Below, piece after piece: positions 1 to 13,867 of a DNA stretch of 64,000 nucleotides (its first letter is position 1; each line of letters starts with the position of its first letter). The DNA comes from Saccostrea echinata. Lineage: Eukaryota. The position numbers and the translations under genes were made by a program. Where the stretch lies: the NCBI RefSeq assembly GCF_033153115.1, contig NW_026889750.1:5828001-5892000 (forward strand), written 5' to 3'. The notes under the pieces are model-generated. The model had not been told where the DNA came from and ran no database searches. It saw only the letters and a list, made by a program, of their open reading frames with translations.

Positions 1-169
1 TATTAAAATATCCACTTTTAATCAAATATCATAAGCCATGCAATTTATGTACATGTAGGTTTTGCGCATCAAACTGATCTTAGATAGTTCTTTAACGTTT
101 AGTAAATAAAAATTATATATTAAACCACAAAATACACAATGCCTATATAGCTTATTATTTCTTGTATTG

Positions 170-224
170 TTTGTGCAGAGGCTGAGCTTATATACAGATA
201 TGCATACCAACAACTTTGACCTTT

Positions 225-255
<31 letters not shown>

Positions 256-733
256 GAAAAACTTTAACCTTGACCATAACTTTTGAACAGTTGGTGGTTA
301 GGCTTTCAAACTTCACATGTGTATTTCTTGTGACAAGACCTTCCTCTGGATATCAACCACTTTGACCCTTTGACCTTGACCTAGGAGTTTGACCTACTTT
401 TGAAAAACTTTAACCTTGGCCATAACTTTTGAATGGTTGATGCTAGGGCTTTCATACTTCACATATGTAATCCTTGTGACAAGATCTTCCTTTGGATACC
501 AACCACTTTGACCTTGACCTTGACGTTTGACTTCTATTTAAAAAACTTTAACCTTCACCATAACTTTTGAACAGTTGTATCTAGGTCTTTCAAATTTCAC
601 AAGACCTTTCTTAGGGTATCAACATTTTTTTTTTTATCTTTTGGCTTGGATTTTGACTTGCATTTGAAGAAACTTTAACCTTCGCCATAAGCTGCCATAC
701 GGGGGCATCAGTGTTTCACAAACACATCTTGTT
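170..733. mobile_element. Helentron/HINE-like non-autonomous element with ~147-bp internal tandem repeats
   Basis: About 3 diverged copies of a unit rich in TGACCTTGACC and GAAAAACTTTAACC (starts ~212, ~358, ~504), ending in GGGGGCATCAGTGTTTCACAAACACATCTTGTT. Family assignment is from resemblance to bivalve HINE/pearl-like elements. Confidence 0.6.
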
Positions 734-1209
734 GTAATATAAGATTAACAATAGGTAAAAATTAGCTCAAATTCCGATTGTTTATTTACGTTTAGTAAAA
801 CTATTCTATTTCTATTATATTTCCTTATCTAATTATCTAAAGAGTTTTGTTACTTGTTTATATACTTTGTGAATAAAGATAATATTGGTCTTAGTGTAAA
901 AAATAGATATTTTCCGAGAAATACTCAGGAACCGCTAGCATGAAAATTAGGTCTTTGACCTAGTTATATAACACTACAATCATACGTAGGTCTACAATCT
1001 ACAATAGATGGTTTTTCATTCTTATCAGTGGAACTTTTTTGTCATCTGAGTAAACTTCATTCTTAGGGAAAAACTTACTATTTAATTGTCTTATGGATTT
1101 GATTATTGTTCTTTATTGAAAAGACCGAAGACAAAAATGCTTGCTCACGAATAGTGTTTTCTACACAGTGTTAATGTGAGCTACAATGAATTTGTTATAT
1201 TACAAATAC

Positions 1210-1373
1210 CTTTCATACACATAACGCCTGCATCCTCCCCATGATTACAGTTATGGTTAAGATGATTTGTATGCGTACAATGCAGTAGGGAACTTTCAGT
1301 CCCATAACAATTGACGTCATCCATATGAATAACACCAACTCCACGTCCAAAACGTGCACCGCTATATGGGCTT
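1210..1373 (-). CDS. SRCR gene copy A, exon 3 (C-terminal half of SRCR domain)
   Basis: Hand translation SPYSGARFGRGVGVIHMDDVNCYGTESSLLHCTHTNHLNHNCNHGEDAGVMCMK. Acceptor tttacag (phase 2), donor G|gtattt (phase 1); the gene continues left of this exon. Confidence 0.9.
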
Positions 1374-1438
1374 CTGTAAAAACATAATTTTATCCATGGT
1401 AAAAAAAATACTTACTTTTAAAAATGTAATATTCACGA

Positions 1439-1768
1439 TTCATTTAAACGAATAAGTCAAAAACAATTGGCAGTTTGGATACTTGGGAAAAAGAGAAGAA
1501 AAAAATATACATTGTTACAGAATTTCTTTACAGAAGGAGAGGTGTCTTTGTTTACCCTTAATTACTATACTTCTCACTTTTTCTACATTCATGCAGTTTT
1601 CTACAACATAAATGAAGACAGGTTCAAATTCCTTTCTCATCTGCCACTGCATCGTTGGAATGATAATAATGTAAATAAAAAAGGCTAATTTATAAATGTC
1701 GAAATCGTTTCGTTATGTACGAAAATGACATAAAATGCGTTTCAATAGAGATGAATAAACATGATCAA
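1439..1768 (+). repeat. Direct repeat copy 1 (330 bp) flanking the Penelope-like insertion
   Basis: Near-identical to 2663-2968 apart from small indels/substitutions. Confidence 0.9.
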
Positions 1769-2662
1769 TGAAATATATGAAGATAAAGAACAGTATTCAG
1801 GCTCAAAATTCCATCAAACAATACAAAATAGAGCAAACACGGAACTCCAAACATCAGAGGTTGGATCAGGTGCCATGGAGGAGTGAGCATCCCCTGCCGA
1901 CCGGTCACACCCGCCGTGTGCTCCTTGTCATGATCGGGAAATAACGGAAAAATCCGTAGACAATTCAGTGTGTAAATAATGGCCTAATAATTTGTATGAA
2001 AAACGTCAGTCAGCATTTGACTCAATGATAAGTTGTATTTGCTGACAAGGTCATTGTATCAACCATAGAACTTACGAAATGATATCTTTAAACGAGACAG
2101 CTGATATTCTTGTTTCATCAACTTGTTTGTCAATAATTTACCTCGTTTTAGAAATTGTACATACGTAGAGCATGCTCTTGCGTATCGAATCAAATGAGAG
2201 ATATATACCCCGTATGCAGTTGATGAAGGTATATTGCTGCATAAGTAAGGGAAGTTGACGATTGAAAAGTTAAAGTCATCATGTTTATCATAAAGCTTGG
2301 TTGTTAGATTACCATTAACGTCTTTTTCTAGTAAAATATCCAAATATGAAACAGATGTATCAGACTCTGTGGTATCTTTTATCTCAAGCTCACAAGGATA
2401 TATCGTATCGACATAAGAATGGAAATAGCCATTGTTAATTGACAATACGTCGTCGATATATCTTAATGTCGAGTTGAAGGTCACAGCAAGTGTTTTTTTC
2501 TTTTCATGTACAAGATTTTGGACAAATTCTGCTTTATATGAAAACAAAAAAAGGTCTGCTAATAACGGGGCGCAATTAGTACCCATGGGAATTCCAACAG
2601 ATTGTTGGAAGACCTGGTCTCCAAAAACCACATAGATATGGTCAATCAGAAACTCAAGCATG
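1769..2662 (-). mobile_element. 5'-truncated Penelope-like retroelement (RT C-terminal part + 3' end)
   Basis: ORF 2059-2667 has GIPMGTNCAPLLADLFL and RYIDD motifs plus the YDK..DFNF.IVNFP thumb region. No GIY-YIG follows the RT. Confidence 0.88.
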
Positions 2663-2968
2663 TTCATTTAAACGAATAAGTCAAAAACAATTGGCAGTTA
2701 TGGATACTTGGGAAAAAGAGAAGAAAAAATATACATTGTAACAGAATTTCTTTACAGAAGGAGAGGTGTCTTTGTTTACCCTTAATTACTTTTCACTTTT
2801 TCTACATTCATGCAGTTTTCTACAACATAAATGAAGACAGGTTCAAATTCCTATCTCATCTGCCACTGCATCATTGGAATAATAATAATGTAAATAAAAA
2901 AAGGCTGATTTATAAATGTCAAAAATGACATAAAATGCGTTTCAATAGAGATGAATAAACATGATCAA
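2663..2968 (+). repeat. Direct repeat copy 2 (306 bp)
   Basis: Matches 1439-1768. Confidence 0.9.
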
Positions 2969-3123
2969 GACTGCAAAAGCAAATTAAAAATAAAACAACA
3001 GAAGGGTAAAAGAATACACCATTTATTTATATATAGATATTTTTTTATATCACTTTTACTTTAAATTGTTATAACCATCTGTAGTTGAATTACATTTCAC
3101 TATTATTTAAGCACTTACCGATT

Positions 3124-3345
3124 AAACACGGACCTCCGGAAATTCCAGAGGTGGATCAACTGCCTAGTGCATAGGGCTCATGGCGGGTCTGACCAGTCGA
3201 CAGGGGATGCTTCCTCCTCCTAGACATCTGATCTTACCTCTGGAATTTCCAGGGGTTCATGCTTCATGCCATGTTTACAGATTTGTTTTGTTTGTAGGTT
3301 TTTTTTTTTAAATCGATCAATATTCGATATCTTCACCTTTTTCAT
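3124..3345. mobile_element. Inverted pair of Penelope-like 3'-end fragments
   Basis: 3124-3167 (minus) and ~3174-3345 (plus) both match the GGCGGGTGTGACCGGTC...CCCACCTCTG...GGTCCGTG 3' motif of the element at 1769-2662. Confidence 0.7.
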
Positions 3346-4762
3346 CAAGTAAAGTTTTCAGTTGACAATTGTAGTAAATACGAACTGTGAAGAAGTAAGT
3401 TTTTTGGCTATGAATTTGACGTATTTTTGAATTGGACAAATCGCTTCTGATAATTTCAAAATATTTATTTTAGCTTAGAGGGCTTTAGAATCCTATTTCC
3501 ATTTGATTGTCATTTTATGAAAAATACCTCTTATGCAATATTACTATCCATGGAATATTTTTCCCCTCAGGCAAGTACATGAATACAAATAAATAAAAAG
3601 TTGACCACATCTTAGCTTTATTTATATCTTTAATACTGCTATTGCAACGACACATGCGTTCGTTGGAACACTCTACTTAATAAAAATTTATTTCTCGCTC
3701 TATTCAAAAATCGGTATAGTTTAGGAAACAATATATTTTAGGAATCTTTCATGAAATCAGTCAACGTATTAAATTACTTGAATTTCCAAGCCAAAGCACA
3801 CTGCTTCTTGGGATAAAGAATATGTTTAAGGGAGAGAACCCCCCAATACTATCCATCTATGAGAGAAAGAATACTTCAGGTCTATGACCATCATCAGTTT
3901 TTCCTTTTTTTCAGAATGGACATTCGAATTCTCTACTCAATAACAACATAATAAGGAACCAGGACTCCCATCCATGGATATTGTCTCTATATGGCAGATG
4001 TCAGTGATGTCACCGCACCTTCTATGCCTTTTTACCATTAAATTCAGACATTAAATAACCTCTGTTTACATGGTATTTGGACCTGGATCGTTTCACATTC
4101 TATTTGTTGGTTGTTAATTTGTAGGTATATCAATTCTTCCATACACATCAATGTTGGTGAGAGAATGATATTCAAATTCTTACGTACAAAGTTATAAATT
4201 AAATTATACATATCATTTGTATAAAATGTTCAACAATTTTTAAAAGATAGCGCACTATTAATATTACTATCATTATGATAATAATACTAATAATTGTCAA
4301 AGGATTTAATTCTGTCCACTGAGATAAAGAATGCATCAACTGAAGACTATATGTTTATTTGGGGGTTTACGAGGTGATACAAAGCCAGAAACAATTGATT
4401 TGAAAACTATCATGAGCGCCAAGATTTGTCATTTTCCATCCACCAATTAACACCAAAAAATAAGACGTTCCTAATATTTACATTTTTTCATTGTAAAGTT
4501 TATTTTTTATTGTTCCTTTCCGTTCTGCTTTCCATTTTCTAATAAAGAAAACTCAATGTGCCACACCAAATGACCCCATGCAATTTCATTAAGAAGGTAT
4601 ATGCATACTGATACTTCATAATTTTATTTGTATGTTATTTTCAAATAAATGCACATAATTTAATTGACCATACCAAAGTGTAAATTCCTTTACCGTCAAT
4701 TACTTTGAAACCACAGCTTTTCCCTCAATAACTTTGAAACCGCTATAAAATAGAACAGCCTA

Positions 4763-4951
<189 letters not shown>

Positions 4952-5094
4952 TTAAAAAAAAAAAAAAATGTTTTACATATATATAAGATAAAGATTTTAT
5001 TAAGAAGCAGACTTTGATACTAAGGCTTCAAAAGAAAATGTTTTTGACAGGAGTATATTTTTATTTTTTTAGAAGGAGGGTTTTCTCTTTATTT

Positions 5095-5424
5095 ATACTT
5101 ATACATCCCTTGCGAGAATTTTTCACTCATTTGAGAATTCACCAAATACAGCCAAAAGGCTTCAAAGATAGACCTTTACTCGACACTCAGGGCCATTGTG
5201 CAGTGAGTTTTTTTTTTATTATGCCAACCTCTACTGTGAAATGGACTTCGGTTTTAAGGTCTCATCCGAAAAATCCATGACTTTCACTTCTAATTTCGGG
5301 TGCTTGGCGAAGAAGCAGTCACTACCTATGTTTAACGTCTTAAATTTGTTGCGGCGCAAGGAACGAGAATCTAAGCCGGACCTCCTGATTACGAAGAAGC
5401 GTCTTACGACTAGGCTACTGCGAC
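5095..5424 (-). mobile_element. tRNA-derived SINE, degenerate
   Basis: Minus strand begins GTCGCAGTAGCCTAGTCGTAAGACGC (A-box-like tRNA head), followed by a ~300-bp body and an A-rich tail region. Confidence 0.55.
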
Positions 5425-5816
5425 GTCATTTGAACATTTTAATTCATTTTCCATATCTTCTTGCTATCAGGTACAAGTTCATTTGGATGAAATAGGGTTC
5501 AGGGAAAGAAGTAATTAACCCTTTCAAGATTACAGAGGAAACGGGATAGATGCACACTGACAGGTAACACTATTTTCAGTGACTAAGTAAACATAATTTG
5601 AAATTATTACAGATGTAATTCAGACAATATTCTATATCCGTACATTTTCAATGAAATTTCATTCTTTATCACTCGGTAAGAAGGACTTTGTTTTTGACAG
5701 TTATGTTTAAATAAACTTACAAAAAACGACAAATTTGCAGCATGAAGTAGCATACCCTAAGCAAGATTTATTTGTTTAAATTTTATTAGAATTTACTCTT
5801 GAATTTGAAAAGCTAC

Positions 5817-6162
5817 CCTGTTTCACTGCCTCTGCCTCCACGTTGTTGTGCAAATTCTTAATCAAATCTTCTTGCTCTTGAATTTTTTCTTTCAACAATT
5901 TGATTTCCATATTGTTTTTCTCAACTCTCTCTTCCAACATGTTCTTAAAATCATTCATTTCAATCCTGTATTGTTTTAACCGAGATTCCATATTGTTTAA
6001 GTACGACATTATAACTTTTTGGGCTGCGGAGTTGATCAGAAGTTCCACCTCCTCTATCTTAGCCAATGGGCAATGGTCCAAAAGGCTAGATCCATCTAGT
6101 ACACTCTGGCCATTCACTGACATCAGGATAAGTGTCATACACAGTAGATTAACTATATCCAT
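5817..6162 (-). CDS. SRCR gene copy A, first coding exon (signal peptide + coiled coil)
   Basis: MDIVNLLCMTLILMSVNG hydrophobic leader, then a heptad-rich segment. Donor CAG G|gtagct is phase 1, compatible with the exon at 4809-4950. An acceptor at 6175-6176 implies an upstream UTR exon. Confidence 0.85.
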
Positions 6163-6376
6163 TTTAGACGCAAACTAAACAAAAATAAAAAAAAATAATA
6201 TATTTTTCACTGAGTATAATTGCCATTTTACTTTTGATTAAACATATTTATATATTGTCAAAAGTAAATCTGTAAATTTATATATGTAGTTTCATGGATG
6301 TTCAGATTTTATTCAATTTTATATGTTCCAATTCAAAGAATTCAACAAACTACATATTTCCTTAGGGGTATAGTCA

Positions 6377-7823
6377 AGTGACGGTACATATTGTCCTTCT
6401 GTACATATTGTCGTCGGCGACAGTATGTACCAACCCTTACTGCACATATTACTACTTAAATTTTCAGCCAAAATCTTGATATTTTTCCTATTAAGTCAAT
6501 AGCCTAAAGGTATTTTCTGATTCAAAAAGAACAATTATTAAACATACAAAATAAATAAATAAAAACGTTTTATTTGTTTTATTCACATTTCTTGTCATAA
6601 ATATATACATATAAAAGCTGTAAGTTTATAAGAGAGTCTCAGGCCAAATATACTTAATAACGAAATATTGTCAATTCCAGATCTATAAGGACTTCAGTTC
6701 TAAGTAACTATAAATGAAACAAAACCGGAAAATTCTTAAAATGGATTTTTCCCCCTCGAAAAGGCAATTTCTCCGAAACTTAAGCGCGACGGTCACCTTA
6801 AACATAGGCTTTATGAAGAGATAAAGATATTTTTCTATTACTGTATAATATTTGTTTCTTGTCGAAAGAATGCAATTTAAAATGAACAGGCTGATTAATA
6901 CCTCTTAACCCCTTCCATTTTTGAAATGCAGAAATACATGTATGTACGACATTATAGAAAAATCAAGTGAAGTTGTTTTAAATAATAATTTTTCCCAGTA
7001 TTTTAGTATTTTCCTTTAATTTATACGCTCGTACTTTGTAATATTATTTGATAATTGCTTAGTGATTCATCAAAGATTTCCAAACATCGATCGACCAATT
7101 GACATGATTGATTCTTAAATAGACAATGAACATGCCTGTTATACGCAGGGGAAAGGGGATTGGGGGGGGGGGGAGGGAGTGCCTCCACTTTTTTCTACTT
7201 TCAATACCTTTTTTTCTGAGAATAGTATTTTTGCTTAAAAAAGACTCCCACCCCCTTCGACACACACTGTTTGTTGCTGTAAGGTCGAACTCGGGTAGAT
7301 TCCCGTTTTTGAAAAGAACAAAAAATCAGGAAACGTAGAGAACCCCCATCTCCGCTCCGAAGAAATAGAATTTCTCAAAACGTTGCTATAGCTGTGGGTC
7401 TGATGAAGAATTTGTAGCAAACCAGCACGTGGAGCGATGGATACCCTGCTTATTGTTTACACGCGCCAGGTATAGGTTTAATTATGTACTTGCGTCTTCG
7501 TAAACAATAGCTTTCACACTCTGCCGCTCCAATGACCACAGATTGCCGTTATTCTTGCCGCTCCATTGACGACAAATATTGCCGTTACAAGTTTTGAAAT
7601 TCTATATTTCTCTCTCTTTTTTTTTTATTATTATTTTTTTTTTATTTTATTTTATTTTATTTATTTATTTATTTTTTGGATGTTCTTTTTTTGAAAAATT
7701 ATTGGGGCGGCGATCGCCACCCCTGCCGCCCCTTTGCCGACGCCCTTGTAGTGACGGTACATATTGTCCTTCTGTACATATTGTCGTCGGCGACAGTATG
7801 TACCAACCCTAACTGCACATATT
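6377..7823. repeat. 74-bp direct repeats (6377-6450 and 7750-7823) built of CATATTGTC motifs
   Basis: The two copies differ at one base; the CATATTGTC motif recurs to ~8140. Probably transposon subterminal sequence. Confidence 0.7.
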
Positions 7824-8159
7824 GTCATCCATCGGTACATATTCTTGCCGGCTGAAAAGTTACACATGGATATATTGTCCCTGCGACATTATGTTCAATA
7901 CTGTCACTGCACATATTGTCGACCCACTTATATTGTTGTTTATATTTTTTGTAGTTTTGTGAATGTAATTGGTGTATAAATCACACTGACGTTTCTCGTA
8001 TGGTTTTTCAGGCAGTGCGATTGTACATATACGGTATATTTATTAAAGGTACATTTTGTCGTCCTGTTCATATTGTCGCTAGCGACAATATATACTGTAC
8101 CTACTGTTAAGGTAGGTCATATTGTCGTCCATCGGTACATGTCGCCTGACAATACCTGG

Positions 8160-8940
8160 CGATGCTTCCATATAAATACATGTATTACTAATCATTGCTT
8201 TGCTGTTTTTGAGAAGATTTTAAGAAATATTGACATTAGAATATAAGAAGAATATATCTATATATTCTAATGTACAAATTTGATCGCCCATTGTGACCCC
8301 ACCCTAGCCCCGGGGTCATGATTTGAACAAATTTGAATCAACACTACCTTAAGATGATTCTATATACGAGTATGAGTAATTATGGACTTGCTGTTCTTGA
8401 GAAGAAAATTTCTAAATTTTTCTCTATATATTCCTATGTAAACTTTGTGGCCCCATCCTACCCCTGGGGATCATGATTTGAATAACGTTAACCTTGAATG
8501 TACACTATGCAATGAAGCTTTCAAATGTATCAACTCTTCTGGTCCAGTACTTCTTGTGAAGAAAATTTCAAAAGATTTACCCCTTTATATACCTACGTAA
8601 AATTTGATCACCTTTTGTAGCCCCACCCTTCCCCCGGGGATCATGATATGAACAAAACGGAATCTACCCTTTATAATGAAGCTTTCATATAGGTTTCAAT
8701 TTTCTGGCAAAAGTGGTTCTTGAGATAAAGGTTTTTACAAATGTTAATCAATTTTCACTAGGTCTATTATCTCCCCTTGAAACAGGACATGGTCCTTCAT
8801 TTGAGCAAAATTGAATTCCCTTTATCCATCGCTGCTTCGTGCCATGTTTGGTTGAGATTAGCCAAGTATTTCTTGAGAAGAAGCCGAAAATGTGAAAGGT
8901 AAATAGACGGATGGACGAAGATGACAGACAAAATTTGTAA
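8160..8940 (+). mobile_element. Degenerate HINE/CvA-like element with ~165-bp satellite monomers
   Basis: Same monomer motifs as 62578-63870 (TTGTGGCCCCA...GGGGTCATGATTTGAACAA...TTCTTGAGAAGAA) and a GACGGATGGACG remnant. Confidence 0.75.
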
Positions 8941-9723
8941 AAACTTCCCTTGCAGAAATGTCAGAGAACGAATCAAAATTCATTTTGCCGTCGTAAACTT
9001 CAGTTTACAAAACCTTATTTAAGTTTATCTGTCTGAAATGATGTTTGCAATAGATTTTGATAATAAACATACACCGTAGATTCTCATTTGAAAACTATAA
9101 TTTACATTCGGTACCCATAGTTAAAAATTGTTAATGATAGTTTCACAAATCTATATTTATTTAAACTATATTTATCAGATAAATAATGTTTTATATGTGT
9201 TATTTATATATTCCAGTAGTAAATTATGATAAACTGTCAGTTTTACTCATAAACTAACTTTCACAGACATAAATTACGATTAATAATCGTAAACTATAGT
9301 TTTGAAAGATTAACTATGATTAACATTTGTCAGTATACGAGTATACTTTATCGCCATAAACTATATTTTGTTAACTATAGTAAAGAGTTGCTAAATAAAG
9401 TTTATGAATCTAAACACCTGTAAATTATTAAGTATTGTTTTCAATTCAAGTTCTTTATGAATTACTTTAAAGAGTTATTAAGAACTGTAATTTTTAATAG
9501 AAAATGATATTTTTTTTTTCTTCAAATAACTGAAAATTTTATTGATATTTTGTTTCTTTCTGATTTTACAGAGGATTTGTTGTCGCTTTGTTGTGAAATT
9601 TAAACCTAGAAATGTAACAAGCTCACATAGAATTTCTCTTTTCGCCATTTGGATGTTAAAATCAGATGAGATACATTCTATTTTCTTCCTTATTTTTAAA
9701 GAACACATTTGTTTCAACCATTC

Positions 9724-9926
9724 NNNNNNNNNNNNNNNNNNNNNNNNNNNNNNNNNNNNNNNNNNNNNNNNNNNNNNNNNNNNNNNNNNNNNNNNNNNNN
9801 NNNNNNNNNNNNNNNNNNNNNNNNNNNNNNNNNNNNNNNNNNNNNNNNNNNNNNNNNNNNNNNNNNNNNNNNNNNNNNNNNNNNNNNNNNNNNNNNNNNN
9901 NNNNNNNNNNNNNNNNNNNNNNNNNN
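9724..9926. other. Assembly gap (N run)
   Basis: Run of N. Confidence 1.
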
Positions 9927-9994
9927 TAACACTGTACTTTCAAACTGTATGTTATACATTTACCACTCAAATTAAACTTCAATTACACTACGAA

Positions 9995-10135
9995 AACACG
10001 GCGGATATGACCGTTCGACAGGGGGTGCTTACTTTTCCATTTCACCTGATTCCACCTCTTATGTTTTAGAGGTCCGTTTTTGCTTTGCTCCTAATTTGTA
10101 TTGTTTCAATGGAATTTTAAGCTTGATTACTGTTC
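9995..10135 (+). mobile_element. Solo Penelope-like 3'-end fragment
   Basis: CACGGCGGATATGACCGTTCGACAGGGGGTGCTTAC...CCACCTCTTATGTTTTAGAGGTCCG matches the family 3' motif. Confidence 0.7.
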
Positions 10136-12197
10136 GAAAAGAGAACTTCGCCTCCACACCCCCCTCCCATCCACCCCCAGCCCATTCCATGAACACAAAG
10201 AAATTAAACTTAGTCGAATACTCATCACATATTTGTATAACTCAGAGTTCTAAAACTGATAAAACTAAATCATAAATCCCGATCGTAAATCACGCAAGAA
10301 ACTGACATTGTATTCATTTACTGACATTCCATTTGAATCCAATTTCCCTTCTCCATCAATATTCCTACTAAATAAATCGTTCCATTTCTCCCTTAAGAAA
10401 TTTTTAATCATCATTTTTTCCCGGTATATCAACCATTTTTTCAACTTACCTTGTCAACACTATTAAATAAAGTCCATATCAATTTTGATATACATAACTT
10501 ACCCAATGTGAATTCACCTTTGTAATTATTTTAATATCTGTTTTGCTGATTTAATAGACCTTATGCACATTTTGTGGAACTATGCATTTGTTTCTGCTTT
10601 GAGTTATTTAACAAGGAAGTAATGTTGAACAAATAGAGGTGCATTAAATGTCCATGCCCTATTTAGTCGCCGGAGAATATGTTTTTCAAATGGTAATCGC
10701 ATCTTGGCATTGTCAGCTCGAAACAATGATGTTTGATCTCATGATAAAGGTAAACATAAAGTTATTGCATTTTAAGTATCATCATATCTAACCTGTCTAA
10801 AAGTTGTTCGACTAGAATTGTGAGGAATTTATGCAGTATAATATTGCACAATATTTCTATCAAGTGGGAAGATAAAGTAACAGTCTTTTGAAAAGTAATC
10901 TTAGTTTTATTTGGTGACTTCCTCAATTCATTAGGAAGGGAAGGATATCCATAAATATTGATGCAATTTTCTGACCTCTATCACATAGGCCCCATTCCTA
11001 AATCTAGATACGAATTTTATGATTTGCCAGTAAGAATAACACATGGTTACGATGACGACACGTCTTGTTATTTGCTGCTTTTATTCAAATATGAACTTCC
11101 TTATTGCAAACTATGGCATAAAGATGAAAATAATATCTTCATCCTTCTTTCAGATACCTGGTATAGTATTTTTGACTTGAAAAAAAAAAAGATTTTAAAA
11201 ATTATTTACCCTTGTAGATTTCAATCAAATACATTTAGGGCACTAAAATATTATACGTTGATCTTTAGAGTGTTTGCCCTCTGAATAAGTTTTAAAATTG
11301 CAGTCTTAGAGAAAGTTTCATGGTTGAAATATTTGAAAAAGAAGGATTAATAGGTGATCTGCTTTTCATGTCGACGGAGAGGCGATGAAGAAAGTGATAG
11401 AATCTGTGTAATATGTGTAAACATCACCGCGCAATTAAAACAGTCATGAAGTTCCTTAAAGCTTAAGGAGAAATAATTAGGATTTATTTTCATGATTTTG
11501 AACGATATCGCACCCCTTTCAACTGACCCTGACGTGTATTTTTCACATAGTTTTGACTTGTCTCTTGAAACATGAACATTTCAAGTTGCTTAATAAGATG
11601 GGATAAATTTACTTATAAACTAAACTTTTTTTCCATTTGAACTTTTACGTTACATCACTTATTTAAAGAGAAATACCTTAAAATAGTTAAAAGATACGGG
11701 TCAAAATATGCTATAACACGCGAGCCCAAAACAATTATTTATTGCTTGAATGGAGACAGACAAACAAAAACTAGCAAGCAGGTAATGTGCAATTCAATGA
11801 CATATTCTTCAATGAACAGTAAGCACAGCATACACAAGTATCACTGTTCAAATTTGCGTGTTATCAGATGGAAACACAACTCCGCGATTAATGTTTGAAA
11901 GTGTATGAAAAAGTAAGAATTTAACATTTATTTCAAAGATCCTTGACATTTGGTGATGAAATATATTTAAATCCTGTTCGGGGATTTTTTTTTAATCATA
12001 CAATTAGAATGGATTCAAATTTTAGTCTGTTCTTGCAAATAACCAATATCCCTGTCCAGATTTGATTCAATTTGATTTGTGAAAATCACATTCTCTTTGC
12101 AAAATATTACCAATGACCTTGAATACCCGAGGTAAATTTATTCAAATTACTGTTTGTTGATTTATAAATTAAGAATTAAAAATGAATATCTTTTAAT

Positions 12198-13127
12198 AAC
12201 AAGAGGCCCATGAGCGCAAACGAATCTCTTTGGCAAAGTAATTTTTTTAATTTTCCCCTTTAATTATAAATAATTGTTGACCAAAATATAGGCCTAAAGG
12301 GTTACAATTTAAACACAACATCGGGGTGCTTCAATATCAATACATTCAATGTGGTCCTGCTGTTTTGGAGAAGATATTTTCCCCTGTACACATACATAAT
12401 GTAAAATTTGGATCTCTGATTCCGGCTCAATTCTAACCCAAGAGCTCATAATTACTGTACATGAAAAAAAAATCTTCTCTACACATCTTCCTATGAAAAT
12501 TTTTTATCGACTTTTGTAGCCTTCCCCTGGGATATTGATTTGAACAAAGTTGAATCTACAGTACCTGATGATGCCTCCATATTAGTATGGCAAAATGTGG
12601 CTTTGTTGTTTTTGTTGAAAATTTCTGGAGATTTTTTTTCCTTATAAATTCCTAGGTAAAATTTTGATGTCGTATTGAAATCCTTCCCTAGGGCAAGGGG
12701 TCCTGATTTGAACAAACTTGAATCTACACTTTCTGTAGATTCTTCTATTAAATATAACTAATGATGACTTGCCTGTTCATTTTAAAAGAAGATTTTTCTA
12801 ATATATTCCTAGGTAAAATTTTGATGTCATATTGAGGTCCTTCCTTAGCCCCAGGGGTCATAATTTGAACAAATTTGAATCTACACTACCTGAGGATGCT
12901 TTCACACAAATATAAATAATACTGGCCTTGCTGTTCTTGTGAGATTTTTGAAAATTTTTCCTCTATACAGTCATATTTAATTAAGCTTTCATAAGTTTCA
13001 TTTTAACTGGTCCAGTGGTTCTTGAGAAAAAGTCGAAAATGTGATATGTTTACATACAACACTACAGGCGTCCGACGGACGACCTTCAATCAGAAAAGCT
13101 CACTTAAAGGCTCAAGTAAGCTAAAAA
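12198..13127 (+). mobile_element. Degenerate HINE/CvA-like element
   Basis: Starts AACAAGAGGCCCATG and ends AAAAGCTCACTT...AAGCTAAAA like 62578-63870, with decayed monomers between. Confidence 0.78.
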
Positions 13128-13339
13128 TGCTTTCGATTGTTACATTTTATATTCTTTCAACCATCAATAAAATACTTCCATGAGCCATTTGGTAAATGTA
13201 TAGAACCATACACCATTCGCCGCTGATTCCAAATTTCAGCTGAAAGCAAATTTTATCTTACGTAACTTGAGGATTATATCCTTCTTTAATTCTCACTCAG
13301 TGTCTTGCTAAGTAATATGACAACTTTCAGGATATTTCC

Positions 13340-13860
13340 GACTATATTTACCACTAAACTCGAAATAAAAGACACTATTGAGTCTATCTCTACTGTATTT
13401 GAATGTTTTACTCAAGAGAAATAATGAAGGCAAACTAACAAATAAACTTCTGATAATCTTAGTGATTCAACTTTTTTTATCGTTAACTTCCCATATTTAT
13501 GCAGCAATATATCACTATTACCAGCATGTGGTGTTTATGTCTACCAGAGGATTCGAGAAGCATGAGCATGTTTTGCGTACTAAGATGACTTTCTAAATCA
13601 AGGCAGTCTACTGACAAATAATTTGATATTACGAGAGTATCAATAATCTTGTATTCAGACAATATTTTGCAAATTCTATGGTTAATAATGGACTTGTTTG
13701 TATATAAAACAAGTCGTTAGGTAGAATTTCTACTGAAGTTTATAATGCAAATTATAGGCCTTTATTTTCATACTGATTTGTCTTTGGATTACTCAATTTA
13801 CCTGATCAAAACATGCTTATGATCGGTGTGACCGGTCGATAGGGGGTGCTTACTCCTTAG
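13340..13860 (+). mobile_element. Old degenerate Penelope-like RT/3' fragment
   Basis: Nucleotide similarity to the ELEIKDTT...FYG region and the GGTGTGACCGGTCG motif; many stops and frameshifts. Confidence 0.65.
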
Positions 13861-13867
13861 AACATCC

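Noticed and set aside
3780-4180. Slightly GC-richer stretch that might be decayed coding/TE sequence (also 17560-17830)
   Set aside because: No convincing motif or open frame on either strand.
9478-10069. ORFs spanning N runs (also 17853-18080)
   Set aside because: Artefacts of assembly gaps.
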